Assembly: GCA_964383925.1 (NCBI GenBank)
Contig: CAYLIJ010000001.1
Span: forward strand, 40,581 to 104,580
Length of the DNA stretch: 64,000 bases
Reading direction: 5' to 3'
Source: an uncultured Puniceicoccaceae bacterium
GTDB lineage: Bacteria > Verrucomicrobiota > Verrucomicrobiia > Opitutales > Seribacteraceae
In this document: positions 19,339 through 32,000 of the stretch, piece after piece
Layout of the letters: each line of letters begins with the position of its first letter
How positions within the stretch are numbered: the stretch's first letter is position 1
The notes under the pieces: model-generated
Seen by the model: only the letters and a program-made list of their open reading frames with translations
Told to the model about the DNA's origin: nothing
Databases searched by the model: none
Position numbers and translations under genes: made by a program

Positions 19339-20604
19339 TTAAATCGTTCCCTTTTTCATTGAATCTTCCCGCTCTAATAAAGTCGGGTGAGAATAATGAA
19401 ATTTGACTAGTAATGGATGCGGTAATGGATGAGACAAATTTTCCACATACAACTTTCTTAAAGCGGAAACCAAGGGTTCAAAACCACCCACCGCCTCCTT
19501 GGCAAAATTATCCGCTTCAAATTCGTGTTTCCTCGAGAATAAATTACTGACCGGTGTAAGCCAGTATGTAAAGAAACCCAAAGTCAGGGAGAGTCCAATA
19601 ATCAATGGGCTAAATGAAGAAGTAAGAGCTGCATCCAATCCAATTCCGACGAAAAACCATTCACTTTGAAGCAAATAACCCATCAGACCAAACCCGGCCA
19701 ATCCCATCACAAAAGACATCACCAACCGTTTGGGGATATGCCCCATTTTATAATGCCCAACCTCATGGGCCAACACTGCCTCGATTTCTTCAATCGACAT
19801 TTGTTCGATCAAGGTATCATACAATACAATTCGGCGAAACCGGCCAAAACCAGTAAAATAAGCATTCGAATGCCCCGATCGTTTACTTCCATCAATCACC
19901 TCAATCGTATTGGCCTGAAAACCGGTTTTATCCGACAAGGCCATCAACCGATCCTTTAATTCTCCATCCTCTAAGGGAGTGAGTTTATTAAACAAAGGTA
20001 AAATTAATTTCGGATAAAGTACCATTAATAACAACTGGATCGCAAAAAATACCACAAATGCAGCGACCCACCAGTATTGAGGAGAGGCTTCAGAAATCGT
20101 ACGATACATCCAAATCAATAATGCGAGGAGAAGATAGGATAATCCAAAACCCAAAATCGTACCCTTTATCTTATCTGTTACCCAAAGTTTCTTGGTCGAT
20201 TTATTAAATCCAAACTTCTCTTCCAGGGTAAATTGATTATACCAATCAAAAAACAACCCCGGAATTTGTAAGACATTTAGCAAGGCTGTGGCCACAAATG
20301 AAGCCCACCAGATTGAATCAATCTTGGTTACCGGCCAAATTTCAAAGACCTTGGGTAGGATGTAGAGGAAAATCGGGAAAAAAACAATAAAACCAAATAT
20401 CTCCTGGATTCGAGAAAATTTGCTCTTACTTAAAGAATAATTACTCGCCTTTTGCCAAGTTTCTTGATCCATCAACGATTTTGAATTCTCGGGCTGTTTA
20501 TCGATCAAATTAGACACATGTCCCTCGTTTAAAACCTTGAGGTAATACTCGAACAAAAATTGGCACACGGCCAACACCACAATGATTATCTGTAATTCAG
20601 TCAT
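19339..20604 (-). CDS. M48 family (Ste24/CAAX-type) membrane metalloprotease
   Basis: DGSKRSGHSNAYFTG, HEVGH, EFEAD, HYSHP; likely start MTELQ at 20604 (ORF track 20703). Confidence 0.93.
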   Translation of the reverse strand: MTELQIIIVVLAVCQFLFEYYLKVLNEGHVSNLIDKQPENSKSLMDQETWQKASNYSLSKSKFSRIQEIFGFIVFFPIFLYILPKVFEIWPVTKIDSIWWASFVATALLNVLQIPGLFFDWYNQFTLEEKFGFNKSTKKLWVTDKIKGTILGFGLSYLLLALLIWMYRTISEASPQYWWVAAFVVFFAIQLLLMVLYPKLILPLFNKLTPLEDGELKDRLMALSDKTGFQANTIEVIDGSKRSGHSNAYFTGFGRFRRIVLYDTLIEQMSIEEIEAVLAHEVGHYKMGHIPKRLVMSFVMGLAGFGLMGYLLQSEWFFVGIGLDAALTSSFSPLIIGLSLTLGFFTYWLTPVSNLFSRKHEFEADNFAKEAVGGFEPLVSALRKLYVENLSHPLPHPLLVKFHYSHPTLLEREDSMKKGTI

Positions 20605-20755
20605 TTCATACACTCTATCTCCAGATTGATTGAATGTCGACAATAGAGGATTAAAAACAAAACTTTGTCTAAGAGTGATAAAAGTTAGGCTAAATGATTC
20701 CAATTATTAAAAGAACTACTTGATTTAATTAATGTTTTTAAATAAAAATTAGTTA

Positions 20756-23623
20756 ACGAAGTTATTATTTCGTCTAGTACTAATCTTTTTTCTATTTCTG
20801 CCTTCCCTTTTCTCATCCACACCGGTGCCTTACTCAGGCAAGATTGCGATTAATGGGGTCAATTTTTACGGCAATGCAAAATTTACCTTTTCTTTGCAAG
20901 ATGAAAAAGGAATTTCTCATTGGCAAAGCGGATCAAATAATAATGAGATGATTAATGTGTCCGTTACAAATGGTAGCTATTCAGTTCTCCTGGGTGGTCA
21001 GGGAATGAATCCCCTCCCGGCAAAACTTTTCTTGGACCAGGTGGAATTATACCTCAAGGTTCACTTTGATAACGAAGATTGAAAAGGGCTTCGGCACCTC
21101 AATCCCGACCAGCGAATTACCGCCACGCCTATTGCACTTGCTGCGGAATGGGCTAAAACATCTCAGGTTGCCGAACAGGCAAACTCAGTCAAGCCAAGTT
21201 CAGTCACAAAATCGATGCTCAATCCTGATGTACTAACCGACCTTAATCGATCGATAAACAAAGAAAATTTCCACTCATCAATAATCGAACACCTCTCTCC
21301 CCTGCTCAAACCAAAGATCATCGGTTCATCACCCGACCGGGTGTCCAAGGAGGGAAAAGTTATCACCCTGCAGGCTCCCCAATCCGAAGGAGCACGGATC
21401 TCCTACCAATGGAAAAAAGATGATGTGGCGATCCTCGGTGCGACTAGTTCGACGATCAGTGTGGCTAACGATATGGACCACAATTACACCGTGGTACTGA
21501 GTAATGAATTTGGCTCTGCCACCCAGTCGATGCAAAGCCGGGTCGCCCGAGGAGGCATCTCGGTTATTTCCGCCTATGATCACACTCTTTTTATTGACGA
21601 AAATGGATCGCTCTGGGGGATGGGAGCTAATAATTATGGAAGATTGGGTTTGAGGGAAGAGGACCACTCTCGTTCTACGCCCGAGATAATTATTGAAGGA
21701 AATGCCTCTTCAGTCGCTGCGGGTAATGATCACACTCTAGTAGTTTTGGAAAACGGATTACTTTGGGGATTTGGGGCGAAATCGGACGGTGCACTTGGAA
21801 CTACCGGCGGTGGTACAACCAGAATACCGATTCAAATCCTCGAAGCCAATGTGACTACCGTGGATGCAGGAAACCGGCATTCATATATTCTTATGAACGA
21901 TGGTTCGCTTTGGGGGACGGGGAGAAATCACTTCGGTCAACTAGGGGACAGCAACATAAGTAGTAAACTTGCGATAAAGAAAATTGTTGATGACGGAGTG
22001 GTCGCGATTTCGTCCGGATGGCAATTTGGCCTGTTTCTTAAGTCAAATGGTTCGCTACGGGGTATGGGTCAAAATGGCAACGGGCAGCTGGGAGACGGTA
22101 CCACTACTAATCGGACCACACCCTTTCAAATTGTGGAAGGTGGTGTACATTCAATCTCCGCCGGATCTCATCATTCCCTGTTTCTCAAAACAGATGGTTC
22201 ACTCTGGGCAATAGGAAACAATGGGAGTGGGCGATTAGGCGACGGTACTTCCACGCAGGTCCTCAGTCCCAAAAAAATTCTTTCCTATGGTGTGGTCGAA
22301 ATTTCTGCGGGCAGTCACAATTCTTTTTTCCTGAAATCCGATGGTACCCTTTGGGGAATGGGTCATAATGGAAAGGGACAACTCGCAACTGGCAGTGCGA
22401 ACAGTTAAGAAAGAAGTCCCGTTCAGCTCGCATCCTCAGTCCGTCGCTTTTCCGCTGGTAATCAAATTCTGTTTTTCGAAAAGAACGAAGGTACCTTTTG
22501 GTCAATCGGAAATAACGAAAGGGGGCAACTTGGAGATGGAGTTATTGTTCTCCAACCTACCCCCAGTATAATACTCGATGGAAATGTGAGCATAATTGAT
22601 GGTGGATTCTGGCACTCTCACTTTATAAAATCCAATGGTTCTCTCTGGGGAATAGGACATAATGGAAATGGAAGACTGGGGGATGGAACAAGCACATCCC
22701 AGTATTCACCTGTGCTTGTAGTCGATTCCAATGTAACTAAAGTCTCAGATGGTAACGAATTTACTCTGTTCATAAAAAACGATAATTCACTTTGGGGCAT
22801 GGGGAGAAACAACAAGAATCAACTCTCGAGTTCCTCAACAAGCCAATTCACTTCGCCAACTCGAATTATCGATTCTAATATAAGTGATGCATCTTCCGGT
22901 GGCGAACACTCGGCATTTGTAAAGACTGATGGTTCGCTCTGGACGATGGGGCGAAATAATAACGGGCAACTGGGAGACGGTACCAATGAGGACCGCTCAG
23001 ACCCTGTGAAAATTATCGATGCAAATGTGACCTATTTGGCCACTTATTATCACACTATGTTTATTAAGAATAACGGATCGCTCTGGGGAATGGGAAGTAA
23101 TGGGAATGGAAGACTGGGAGATGGAACCGGTACTTCCCGCAACGTTCCGGTGGAAATTGTCAGTTCCGGAGTCAACAAGGTCTCAGTCCGGGAACATACC
23201 TTATTTGGGAAAACCAAAGGCTCACTATGGGGAATGGGGCGGAATGACAATGGACAATTGGGAATTAATTCAACCACCGTAACAATCTCTCAACCCACGC
23301 AAATTGTGACAAGCGAGGTCAGCTCACTGGCGGCCGGGTATTATCATAGTGCATTTGTCAAGACAGACGGGTCGGTTTGGACTATGGGTAGTAACCTTGC
23401 CGGTCAACTGGGAACAGGCGATTATCTTCCAAGTCCAGTTCCAGTAAAAGTGATTAATTCGGGGGCAAGCCAAGTCTCATGCGGACGAGTTCATACCTTG
23501 GTAAAAATGTCAGATGGTTCGCTGAAAGTTTTTGGATCGGATAGACATGGTGCGATTGGACAGAACCGTCCGCTTTTTCGCTCAACACCTTATCAAATAA
23601 ACCACAAGCTTCTTGCTCCCTAG
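20756..23623 (+). pseudogene. Secreted Ig-like + RCC1-repeat protein, interrupted
   Basis: ORFs 20825-21082, 21215-22408 and 22586-23623 share one frame, separated only by TGA (21080) and TAA (22406); the signal peptide starts at ACG (20756); many GSLWGMGxNxxGQLGDG repeats. Confidence 0.85.
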
Positions 23624-23785
23624 TCTTTATTTAAGGTCCCTTTAACCGGGTAAAAAATTTATAGAATTAAGTAACAGCCGGTGTCATAATAAAAAGAGAT
23701 AATTTCACCAATTCACCCCTCAACTGGGACCTTGAATTTTAATTGCGATTGATGAAAAATGGTATAGAAAGGCTTTCATACTTAA

Positions 23786-24040
23786 ATGGGAAATTCCAAA
23801 AAAAATACTGATGAGAAAGCGGAGCTTACCTTCGAACAGGCTTTGGCTAATTTAGAGGAAATCATTCATAGAATGGAATCAGGGGAAGCTCCCCTTGAGT
23901 CTTTAGTAACTCATTATCAAAGCGGTTTAAAGATGTTAAAACTGTGCCGTGAAAGAATTGATGTAGCGGAGATGAAAATTAAAGAAGTGCAGGAAAAAGA
24001 AGGTATTTTGGTAGAAAAAGATTTTGAAGAAATAGTGTGA
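23786..24040 (+). CDS. xseB: Exodeoxyribonuclease VII small subunit
   Basis: TFEQALANLEEII...LESLVTHYQSGLKMLKLC; upstream of dxs. Confidence 0.93.
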   Translation: MGNSKKNTDEKAELTFEQALANLEEIIHRMESGEAPLESLVTHYQSGLKMLKLCRERIDVAEMKIKEVQEKEGILVEKDFEEIV

Positions 24041-25959
24041 TGGAAAATACTGAGATTTTAAAAAATATTAAAGGCCCGGCTGATCTAAAAGCCTTGGATG
24101 ATGCCCAAATTCAAAGCTTGTGCCAAGAGATTCGGACTCGGATTATTGACGCGACTTCTAAAAATGGTGGTCATGTAGGACCCAACTTGGGGGTTGTTGA
24201 ATTAACAGTAGCATTACACATTGCATTTGATACCCCTGCCGATTCTTTCTTTTGGGATGTCTCGCACCAAGGATATGTTCATAAACTACTCACCGGACGT
24301 AATGATGAACGATTTGAAAAAATTCGCCAATCTGATGGGCTGAGTGGTTTTCTATCACGCGAAGAAAGTAAGCATGATGCTTTTGGGGCAGGTCATGCTG
24401 GTACCGCTCTATCCTCCGCTTTGGGTCGTTGTGTTGCCCGCGACTTAAATGGGAGTGAAGACCATGTCGTCGCAGTGGCCGGGGATGCTGCATTTACCTG
24501 TGGAATCACCCTGGAGGCATTGAACAACATTGCCAGTTCGACCAAGCGGTTCATTCTAATTCTCAACGATAATGAATGGTCAATTGCTAAAAATGTGGGT
24601 GCATTTTCAAAGTACTTTAACGAACTGATTACCAATCCAGCCTATACCCGGCTCCACAAGGACGCCGAAAGTTTTCTCACTCAAGTACCAGGTGGACCAT
24701 CCCTGATGAAATTTCTGTCCAAGGCGAAAAGAGATACGAAAGAATTAATCGCTCCCTCCAGTATTTTTGAAAAGCTTGGTATTCGTTACCTCGGCCCGAT
24801 CGATGGACACGATGTACAATCCCTCGTTCGTTTTTTTGAATTTGCCAAGACTTCTGAGGAACCAATCGTACTTCATTTGCTCACCCAAAAAGGTAAAGGG
24901 TTTCCAGTTGCCCTGGAAGAGCCAGAGAAATGGCATGGATCAGGTCCCTTTGATAAAAAGACCGGTAAAGGAAAGCCCTCTTCCCCTACTGCCCCTCCCA
25001 AATTCCAAGATGTATTTGGTGAATGCCTTTCCAATTTAGCCGCAGAGAATCCTAAAATTGTAGGTATAACCGCAGCGATGCCCAGTGGTACCGGAATGGA
25101 CGCACTCCACAAGAACATACCCGAACGATTTTTTGATGTGGGTATTGCCGAGGAGCATGCCGTTTTACTGGCTGCAGGTATGGCAACTGGGGGTATGCTT
25201 CCAGTTTGTGCGATCTACTCCACGTTTTTACAACGGGCCTATGATCCGATCATCCACGATGTCTGCCTGCAAAATCTACCAGTTACCTTCTGTTTGGACC
25301 GGGCGGGTCTATCCCCAAATGATGGCCCGACCCATCATGGCTTATTTGATATTTCCTATCTTCGTTGTGTACCCAATGGCATTATCATGCAACCAAAAGA
25401 CGAAGACGAATTACAGGATATGATGGTGACTGGGATTGAATCTGGTTCTCCTGCTTTCATCCGTTATCCTCGAGGAGAAGGCATTGGGGTGGAGCTAAAA
25501 AGTAAACCAATCCCGCTTCAAGTGGGTAAAGCAGAAGTTCTTCGAGAAGGTAAAATCTGTTCGATCTGGGCGATTGGAGATTTTGTTCAATCCGCACTCC
25601 AAATAGCCGATCATTTAAAAGAGAAATCTGGGGTCGAAATAACAGTGGTGAATGCTCGGTTTATAAAACCGTTAGATACCGACACATTGCTCGAACATGC
25701 TGATTCCCACCAAAGTATCATTACCCTTGAGGATAATGTACTCATGGGAGGATTTGGTTCGAGTATACTCGAAATATTTGAAAAGAATAACATCATGATA
25801 CCAGTAAAACGATTTGGATGGCCGGATCGATTTATTGAGCATGGAAATTCGGTAAATCAATTAAGAAGTAAAGTGGGACTGGATCAGGAAAGTCTAACCA
25901 AGTCGATTGAAACTTTTCTCTCGATTGATGATCAAGTCGCCACCCCGATCTTTGCTTAG
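24037..25959 (+). CDS. dxs: 1-deoxy-D-xylulose-5-phosphate synthase
   Basis: GGHVGPNLGVVELT, DVSHQGYVHK, GHAGT, DVGIAEEHAV, DRAG, DGPTHHG. Confidence 0.97.
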   Translation: MMENTEILKNIKGPADLKALDDAQIQSLCQEIRTRIIDATSKNGGHVGPNLGVVELTVALHIAFDTPADSFFWDVSHQGYVHKLLTGRNDERFEKIRQSDGLSGFLSREESKHDAFGAGHAGTALSSALGRCVARDLNGSEDHVVAVAGDAAFTCGITLEALNNIASSTKRFILILNDNEWSIAKNVGAFSKYFNELITNPAYTRLHKDAESFLTQVPGGPSLMKFLSKAKRDTKELIAPSSIFEKLGIRYLGPIDGHDVQSLVRFFEFAKTSEEPIVLHLLTQKGKGFPVALEEPEKWHGSGPFDKKTGKGKPSSPTAPPKFQDVFGECLSNLAAENPKIVGITAAMPSGTGMDALHKNIPERFFDVGIAEEHAVLLAAGMATGGMLPVCAIYSTFLQRAYDPIIHDVCLQNLPVTFCLDRAGLSPNDGPTHHGLFDISYLRCVPNGIIMQPKDEDELQDMMVTGIESGSPAFIRYPRGEGIGVELKSKPIPLQVGKAEVLREGKICSIWAIGDFVQSALQIADHLKEKSGVEITVVNARFIKPLDTDTLLEHADSHQSIITLEDNVLMGGFGSSILEIFEKNNIMIPVKRFGWPDRFIEHGNSVNQLRSKVGLDQESLTKSIETFLSIDDQVATPIFA

Positions 25960-26016
25960 TTTTAAATTTGGTTTGCCTTCCCTATCGAAGATTTCGAATA
26001 GGATATCGAGCCTAAT

Positions 26017-29000
26017 TTACTGAAATGTGGTCCATTTCGCCGAACTGTAGAGATATACAGTGGAAGGAAGTGTTTCCTGTTTCCTTCTGAAAAACATCCA
26101 TTCTGCATTTAAGGAATTGTATAAATAACCCTCTCCTTTACTTGCATCCCAATGCTCTGAACTGGTCCATAACCAACCCCATTTCTCGGTCCAAAACCAA
26201 ACATTATCAGCTTGACTACCAGCCCCCCAATAAACCCATAAAAAATCTTCATGGTAACTCCATGAATTATCAAAGGTACTAAAATAACCCACCCAATTAG
26301 TCTTCCAATCGCCCAAATTAGTTGAAGTTGCACTTTGCAACATCTTATTTTGAATGACTAAAGAATACTCAAGAATTTCTTGATAGCTTGAATTCTGATC
26401 AAAGAACTTACGGGCCAATATTTGAATCGGAAAAACACCCGCATCATTTTCCAATGGCGTACCTTCTATCACAAAGCTGCTTCTTGAGTCGCGATTAAGA
26501 CTTAACCAAACGGGTAAATTTAAAGGGACGATCAAAATATTATCAAGTGAGGAACCAGAAAGTGTAAATTCGGATCGATATTGATCGAGCTGTGTACTCC
26601 TCGAAACTGGATTTCCAACAATAGAAAATGCAGTCGAAATATCTAAGATCTGAATTTCCCATTCTGAAGTAAGACCAGAAAGGCCAGTCGAATTAATATC
26701 AAACCTTACCCGCTCTTCTGATCCCTCTGAGGTGGGGCTTTGTCCCCATACTAAGCCACGACCGTCATCAAAAAGTTCTATATTTAACCAATTTGGCTTC
26801 TGAGTGATATTGAGTGATAATTTGGCGCCTATTGGCCATGGACCAGATTCGAATTCAAAATGATACATATTCGATGTTAAAATACTTGTTTTAGGAGCGG
26901 GGCTCAGAACAGGAGAAAATTGAGTAGAACCAAATAGGCATACATATGAATTAGAACTTGTGGAAGACACAGTAGAAATTAATCCATCTGAACCAATTAC
27001 CCCTGATGAAATTCCTGTCGTAAGAAGATGACCCACCATTGAACTGCCGGTAAATTTAATCACATCCTCTCCCACTCCACTCGTCTGCTCCGCATCAATC
27101 ACTAAACTTCCATTGTTATTAAGCAAAGCAATGTAAGAATCTCTTTTCCCTGATGTGGAAAATATTTTTTCACCCAATTTAATTTCATTACTGAAGGAAC
27201 CCGCAAAATATGTCTGGGCATTATTGCCTTGGATTGAATCTATCGAATCATTCCCAACACCCCCATAAGCATCCAGAGCTATACAATTTCCAGTATCAGT
27301 GATAATAGCCATAAATCCGTCCTGCTTTCCATTACTTTCCACATTCCGATTTCCCCACTTGATAGAATTTCGAAAATTTCCAGCAATCAATATTCGATTT
27401 TCTTTTTGAATAAAAATACCTTTAATTTCATCCTCTCCAGTGCCACCACCAGAGTAGACATTCTTCCAAGTTCCTTGACGATCCAGTTCACCGATAAAAC
27501 AATCAGACAGACCTGCGGATTGATGTGAAATCTTGCCAAATATTGAACTGCCCTGATAGGAACCTGCCAGGAAGATTTTCCCATCAGAGGAAACTGCAAG
27601 ACCATTGACCTGATCCTCTTGAACTCCTCCAAAGTTTTGCACCCAAGTTATTTTAGAAACATCGATTGTGGGAACTTCCATAATAAAACCGTCTTTCTCT
27701 CCCCTGGACTTAATCGAATAAGAACCGTGAGAAAATGTACCATCAAATTGGCCTGATAAAAGAAGACTGTTTTCATAGAAGAAAGCGTGTTGAAAATACT
27801 CATTCGAAGAACCACCAATCGAAGTTAAATTTTTCAAAGCACCATCTTGAGACCAGTGTACCACAAATAAATCATACCCACCCGATGACTTAATATTGAA
27901 TGGTCCAACCTGCAGCTCATCAGTAAAGTCTCCAATAATGTAAATATCACCATCCGTTCCCATAACAGTAGAACTAATTGATAATTCACCTTTACTTATT
28001 AGTTGTATGGAACGGTCTATGGAACCGTCTAAGGAAAATTTTCCCACAAATCCATCATTCTGACCTTGGCTGGTCAGAATGTTATTACCCAATTTAACTG
28101 ATTTAGAAAAAGTGCCAGCAATATAATACTCTCCATCCGTTGATGAGTTGACTGAAGAAATTATAGCCTCTTTGCCAAAATTGAGAGCCGTAGAAAATTG
28201 GGGTAATTTTTCTTTGGAAAGTATTGTATTTGAATTGGTGGAAACCGAGTAATTTAAATCCAAATCGGAGACTCCCCCATCAGCATTGTACGCCCGAATC
28301 TTAACTTTTCCTGAGCTCGCAATTTTAGTAGATGGTAATCCTCCAAGGATACCAGTTCCATCCAAGTTATCCTGCAAATTCATCCAAGTTGGAGAATCTA
28401 GCATTTTCAAACGAACAAATGACTGGTTGAGAACTTTGATCTCCTGATCAAAAAAAATATTATCCTGTAAATTTAAATTAGCAATTGATTCAAAAGAAGG
28501 ACTTCCCAAACTTGATTCAAGCTTGACCAAAAATTGATTTCCCTGGAAATGGGGAAATTCATTTAAGGAAAATGGTGTGGTGAAGGAAGAACCCAGTAGA
28601 ATAGTTCCACACGGCCCCACTTCAAATTCGGTGGGTGAATCATCTCCCGTAGTACCAATTGATTGAGCCCAAATAATTTCGCCACTAAGTGGATTTATTT
28701 TAATCACCATCAAATCATTTAATCCTAAAGACGGATGAGTTGGTGCAACATTAGGAAGAGACAGGTTCCCCTCGTAACATAAAGCTACAAGTGGATAACC
28801 AAAAGCATCCATCTCTATTTGCTGAGCCTTGGTCTTTCCAGTTGAAGAAAGAGGAAACATCCAATTCAAGTTAATCTCAGAATTGAAGGACAAAACAAAA
28901 CCACTCGAAGATGAGTTTGATCTAATTGTTTGTGAATCAATTACTAATTCAGAATCAAATTGCCCGGCTAAAAATATCGATTTATTTTTGCATACTATTT

Positions 29001-32000
29001 CATTCGCCCTGTTAAAATTGATATTGTTTAAAGATTTACCCCCAATAACAATTCCCTCTTTACTAAACTTAACTATCGTACAGTAGGAGGAAATATTCTC
29101 TTTTACAGAATTACTGACCGCAACAAAAGAACCATCTGGCAAACCACCTATGCCGACCATTTCTTCAATTCCCTTCCCACCATAAGTCTTGAGCCAGGCA
29201 AATTCTCCCGAACTTTTTAAATTCCAAATAAAATTGTCCGTCCCTCCCTGCGAGTTCCAAGTTTGCGAATCTAATTGTAATTGTCCGTGAAAATTCCCTG
29301 CAATCTGAATTGATTGATCGAGTGTTTCCATAAGGTAAATCTTCTCCAAAATGGATGAGCAGGAAATAGTTTTGAACCAAACTAGTTTAAAATTCTGATC
29401 CAATTTCAAAACAAAAATATTATGGTTTCCATTTGCAGAAACTAAATTATCGCCAAATTTCAAATTTCCCCGAAAAATCCCACACACCAAAAATCCGCCC
29501 TCTTTTGTGACTAGAATTTGCTCAATATTCACTTGCTGAGCCTGAAACTTAACAGAATTAAGCGGATTTGAGAGTTCTGTATAATTTTGATATTTTGAAA
29601 AGTTTGCCTCTGTTTCCGATGAATGCCCCAGAATAATATCTCCATTTCCCAGTATTGATAGAGCGCTCAAACCTCCTGAAGTAATTGGAATCACATTAGT
29701 TATGCGTACACTTTCGTTATGCTCAACCACCTGAACAGTTCTTTTCAACTCGGACGAATTCCCTGATGAATCTGTTGATGTATAGGCAATCTCAGTAACA
29801 CCCTTCTGATTAACATCAACATTTCCTATTATTTGTACGGAACCACTTAAATCACTTCCATCATTATCAGTTGAAAGGTATCCTGGTTCGGTAAAAATCT
29901 GCCCGACGCGGAACTGTATAAATTCATCTCCCTTGAGACTCAGTTTAGGCGGTGATGAATCCACAATATTTAAATTGTATTGTTTTACATTGTTACTTTC
30001 TTCGTTTTCCGAAAAAGAAATTTTGATGGCCACTACTCCAGTAATATTTAATGGGACAATTCCATGTAATTTAAATAAATTAAATTCGACTTTCTCGACT
30101 TTTAGCCATGAGGGGCCTTCCTGTAGTGTGGCATCAATGACAGAATTGCTACTAATATTGGTCACCTTAAAATGTTCTATTAAGGTAAGTCCTGACGATA
30201 TGGTATTGATTGTCGGGTCCGAGACATCAAAAGTATCAAAGCTATCTACTATCATGGCGGTAATCTCAATTTCATCATAACTTACTCCATCGGATACCCT
30301 TATTCCAAAGAGATCCTGCTGGGCAGAAGAATAAGGAAGATATTTGATTGAGGGTATGGAACTATTGCTACCTAAAACTGTGGCAGTGCCATACGAGGGA
30401 AAGGAACTAGGAGAAAGACTCCACTGCAGGCGTCCCCCCTCGATATCGGTGGCATATAATCGAGCGATATCAGACTGCTTCGCTTTTCCAGTACTATCAA
30501 ATCGAACCGTAGCCTTGCTTCCGATATTAATAACCGGGCTTAAATTCTTACCATCCACGATCAGTTGACAGTTCGCCACTGAAAATAACCCGGTCTCATC
30601 AGTTACCACGAAAGCAAGTTGATAACGGTCGCCACTGCTTTGTGATGGGGGTACTCCAAACAAACGGGCACTTCCTGTAGTACTATTTTGTTCAACTAGC
30701 TTGAGCCAAGAATCTCCACCTGAAGGAAGTCCAAAAACCTTGATTGTCCTTAAGCTATTATCAGGATCATAAGTAGAAATATCCAAGCTAAACTGAGCAC
30801 CTTCTTTTGCCACTAAAATTGTGTCGAAAGAAGTATTGAAAACAGGTGCGTCAGGAAGACCTCTTACTCTAACCCGAACAGGGAGAACAGAACTTCGATT
30901 CCCGTCGTTAACCATTAATTGAATAATCTCTTCTCCAAAAAAGTGTTGAAACGGAGTGTAGGAAAAATTAGTCGGTCTTTCTCCAGTTCCGTCGACTAAT
31001 ACTTGAGCACCACTTTGGGAAATACCCCCAAGGGTCCAAGTTAATGTTTGCGTGGGCGATAAAGCAGGGTCAGGGTCAATTGCCTTGTAGTCGAAAGGAG
31101 CAATCCAACCTCTCTCCAAACTGTTCAAATTTGTGTCTTCGTCAATGTACACAACTAATTCACTTATTGTCTTATTACTGTCGCTCACCGAGCGGAAAAC
31201 AGGGGGATAATTATCTATTCTGATCTCAAGATTAAAAGTTTGGACGACGGAAGTTTGATTTGAATCAAAAGCCTCGAAAGAAATAGTGTAATTCCCCTCC
31301 TCTTCAACCGTGGCTAATCCGTACAGTTGCCCCGTCCCATTCCCATCATCAACAAAGGTCATCCAATTGGGAAGAGTGCCTGAAACATTAAGATCCAATG
31401 AATGCCAATCATAATTCCAATCTGAATCATAAGTCTTGACCTTATACACATACACAGATTCGTCATTCCAACTGTAACTACCATTCACATCTGATGTAGG
31501 AACAGAGATAAAAACTGGTGGGTCATTCACAGGCTCAATTTCAACATTGATTCGTAAACTATCACTTTTGGGGGGAGAAGAAGAAAGACCACCGGTATCA
31601 GTGACCAAAACTTCAAAAAAATCACTTCCAGAATAATTTGAATCAGAAATATAAGCTAAATTCTGACCATTTGAATCAATTGATACAGTTCCATTTTGTG
31701 GATTTGATAAAATAGACCATACCAAGTCAGTTGAATTTGTTTCAATATCAGAAGCAGATAAGTTCGGTGCAATCCAAGTGGTTGCATTATCTTCAACCAT
31801 CGTAACATTTAACGAGGTCACTCCGTTATTAATAATCGGGGGATAATTAAGCACAATCACCTCAAGGTTAAAACTAGAACTTACGCTAAGCCCCGTAGAG
31901 TCGGTAATTTTTAAGACTACAGTGGAATTTCCTTCATCACTGACTTGAGGAGTTCCTGACAAAATCAAAGCTCCACTTGTATAATTAATTGATTGTACGC

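Noticed and set aside
21080..21082. In-frame TGA as evidence of stop-codon reassignment (code 4/25) or selenocysteine
   Set aside because: TGA ends normal genes here (fliQ, fliI, xseB), and the same gene also has an in-frame TAA and a lost start, so pseudogenisation explains it better
23786..25959. ispA missing from the xseB-(ispA)-dxs cluster
   Set aside because: xseB and dxs are directly adjacent with no remnant between them; ordinary gene-order variation
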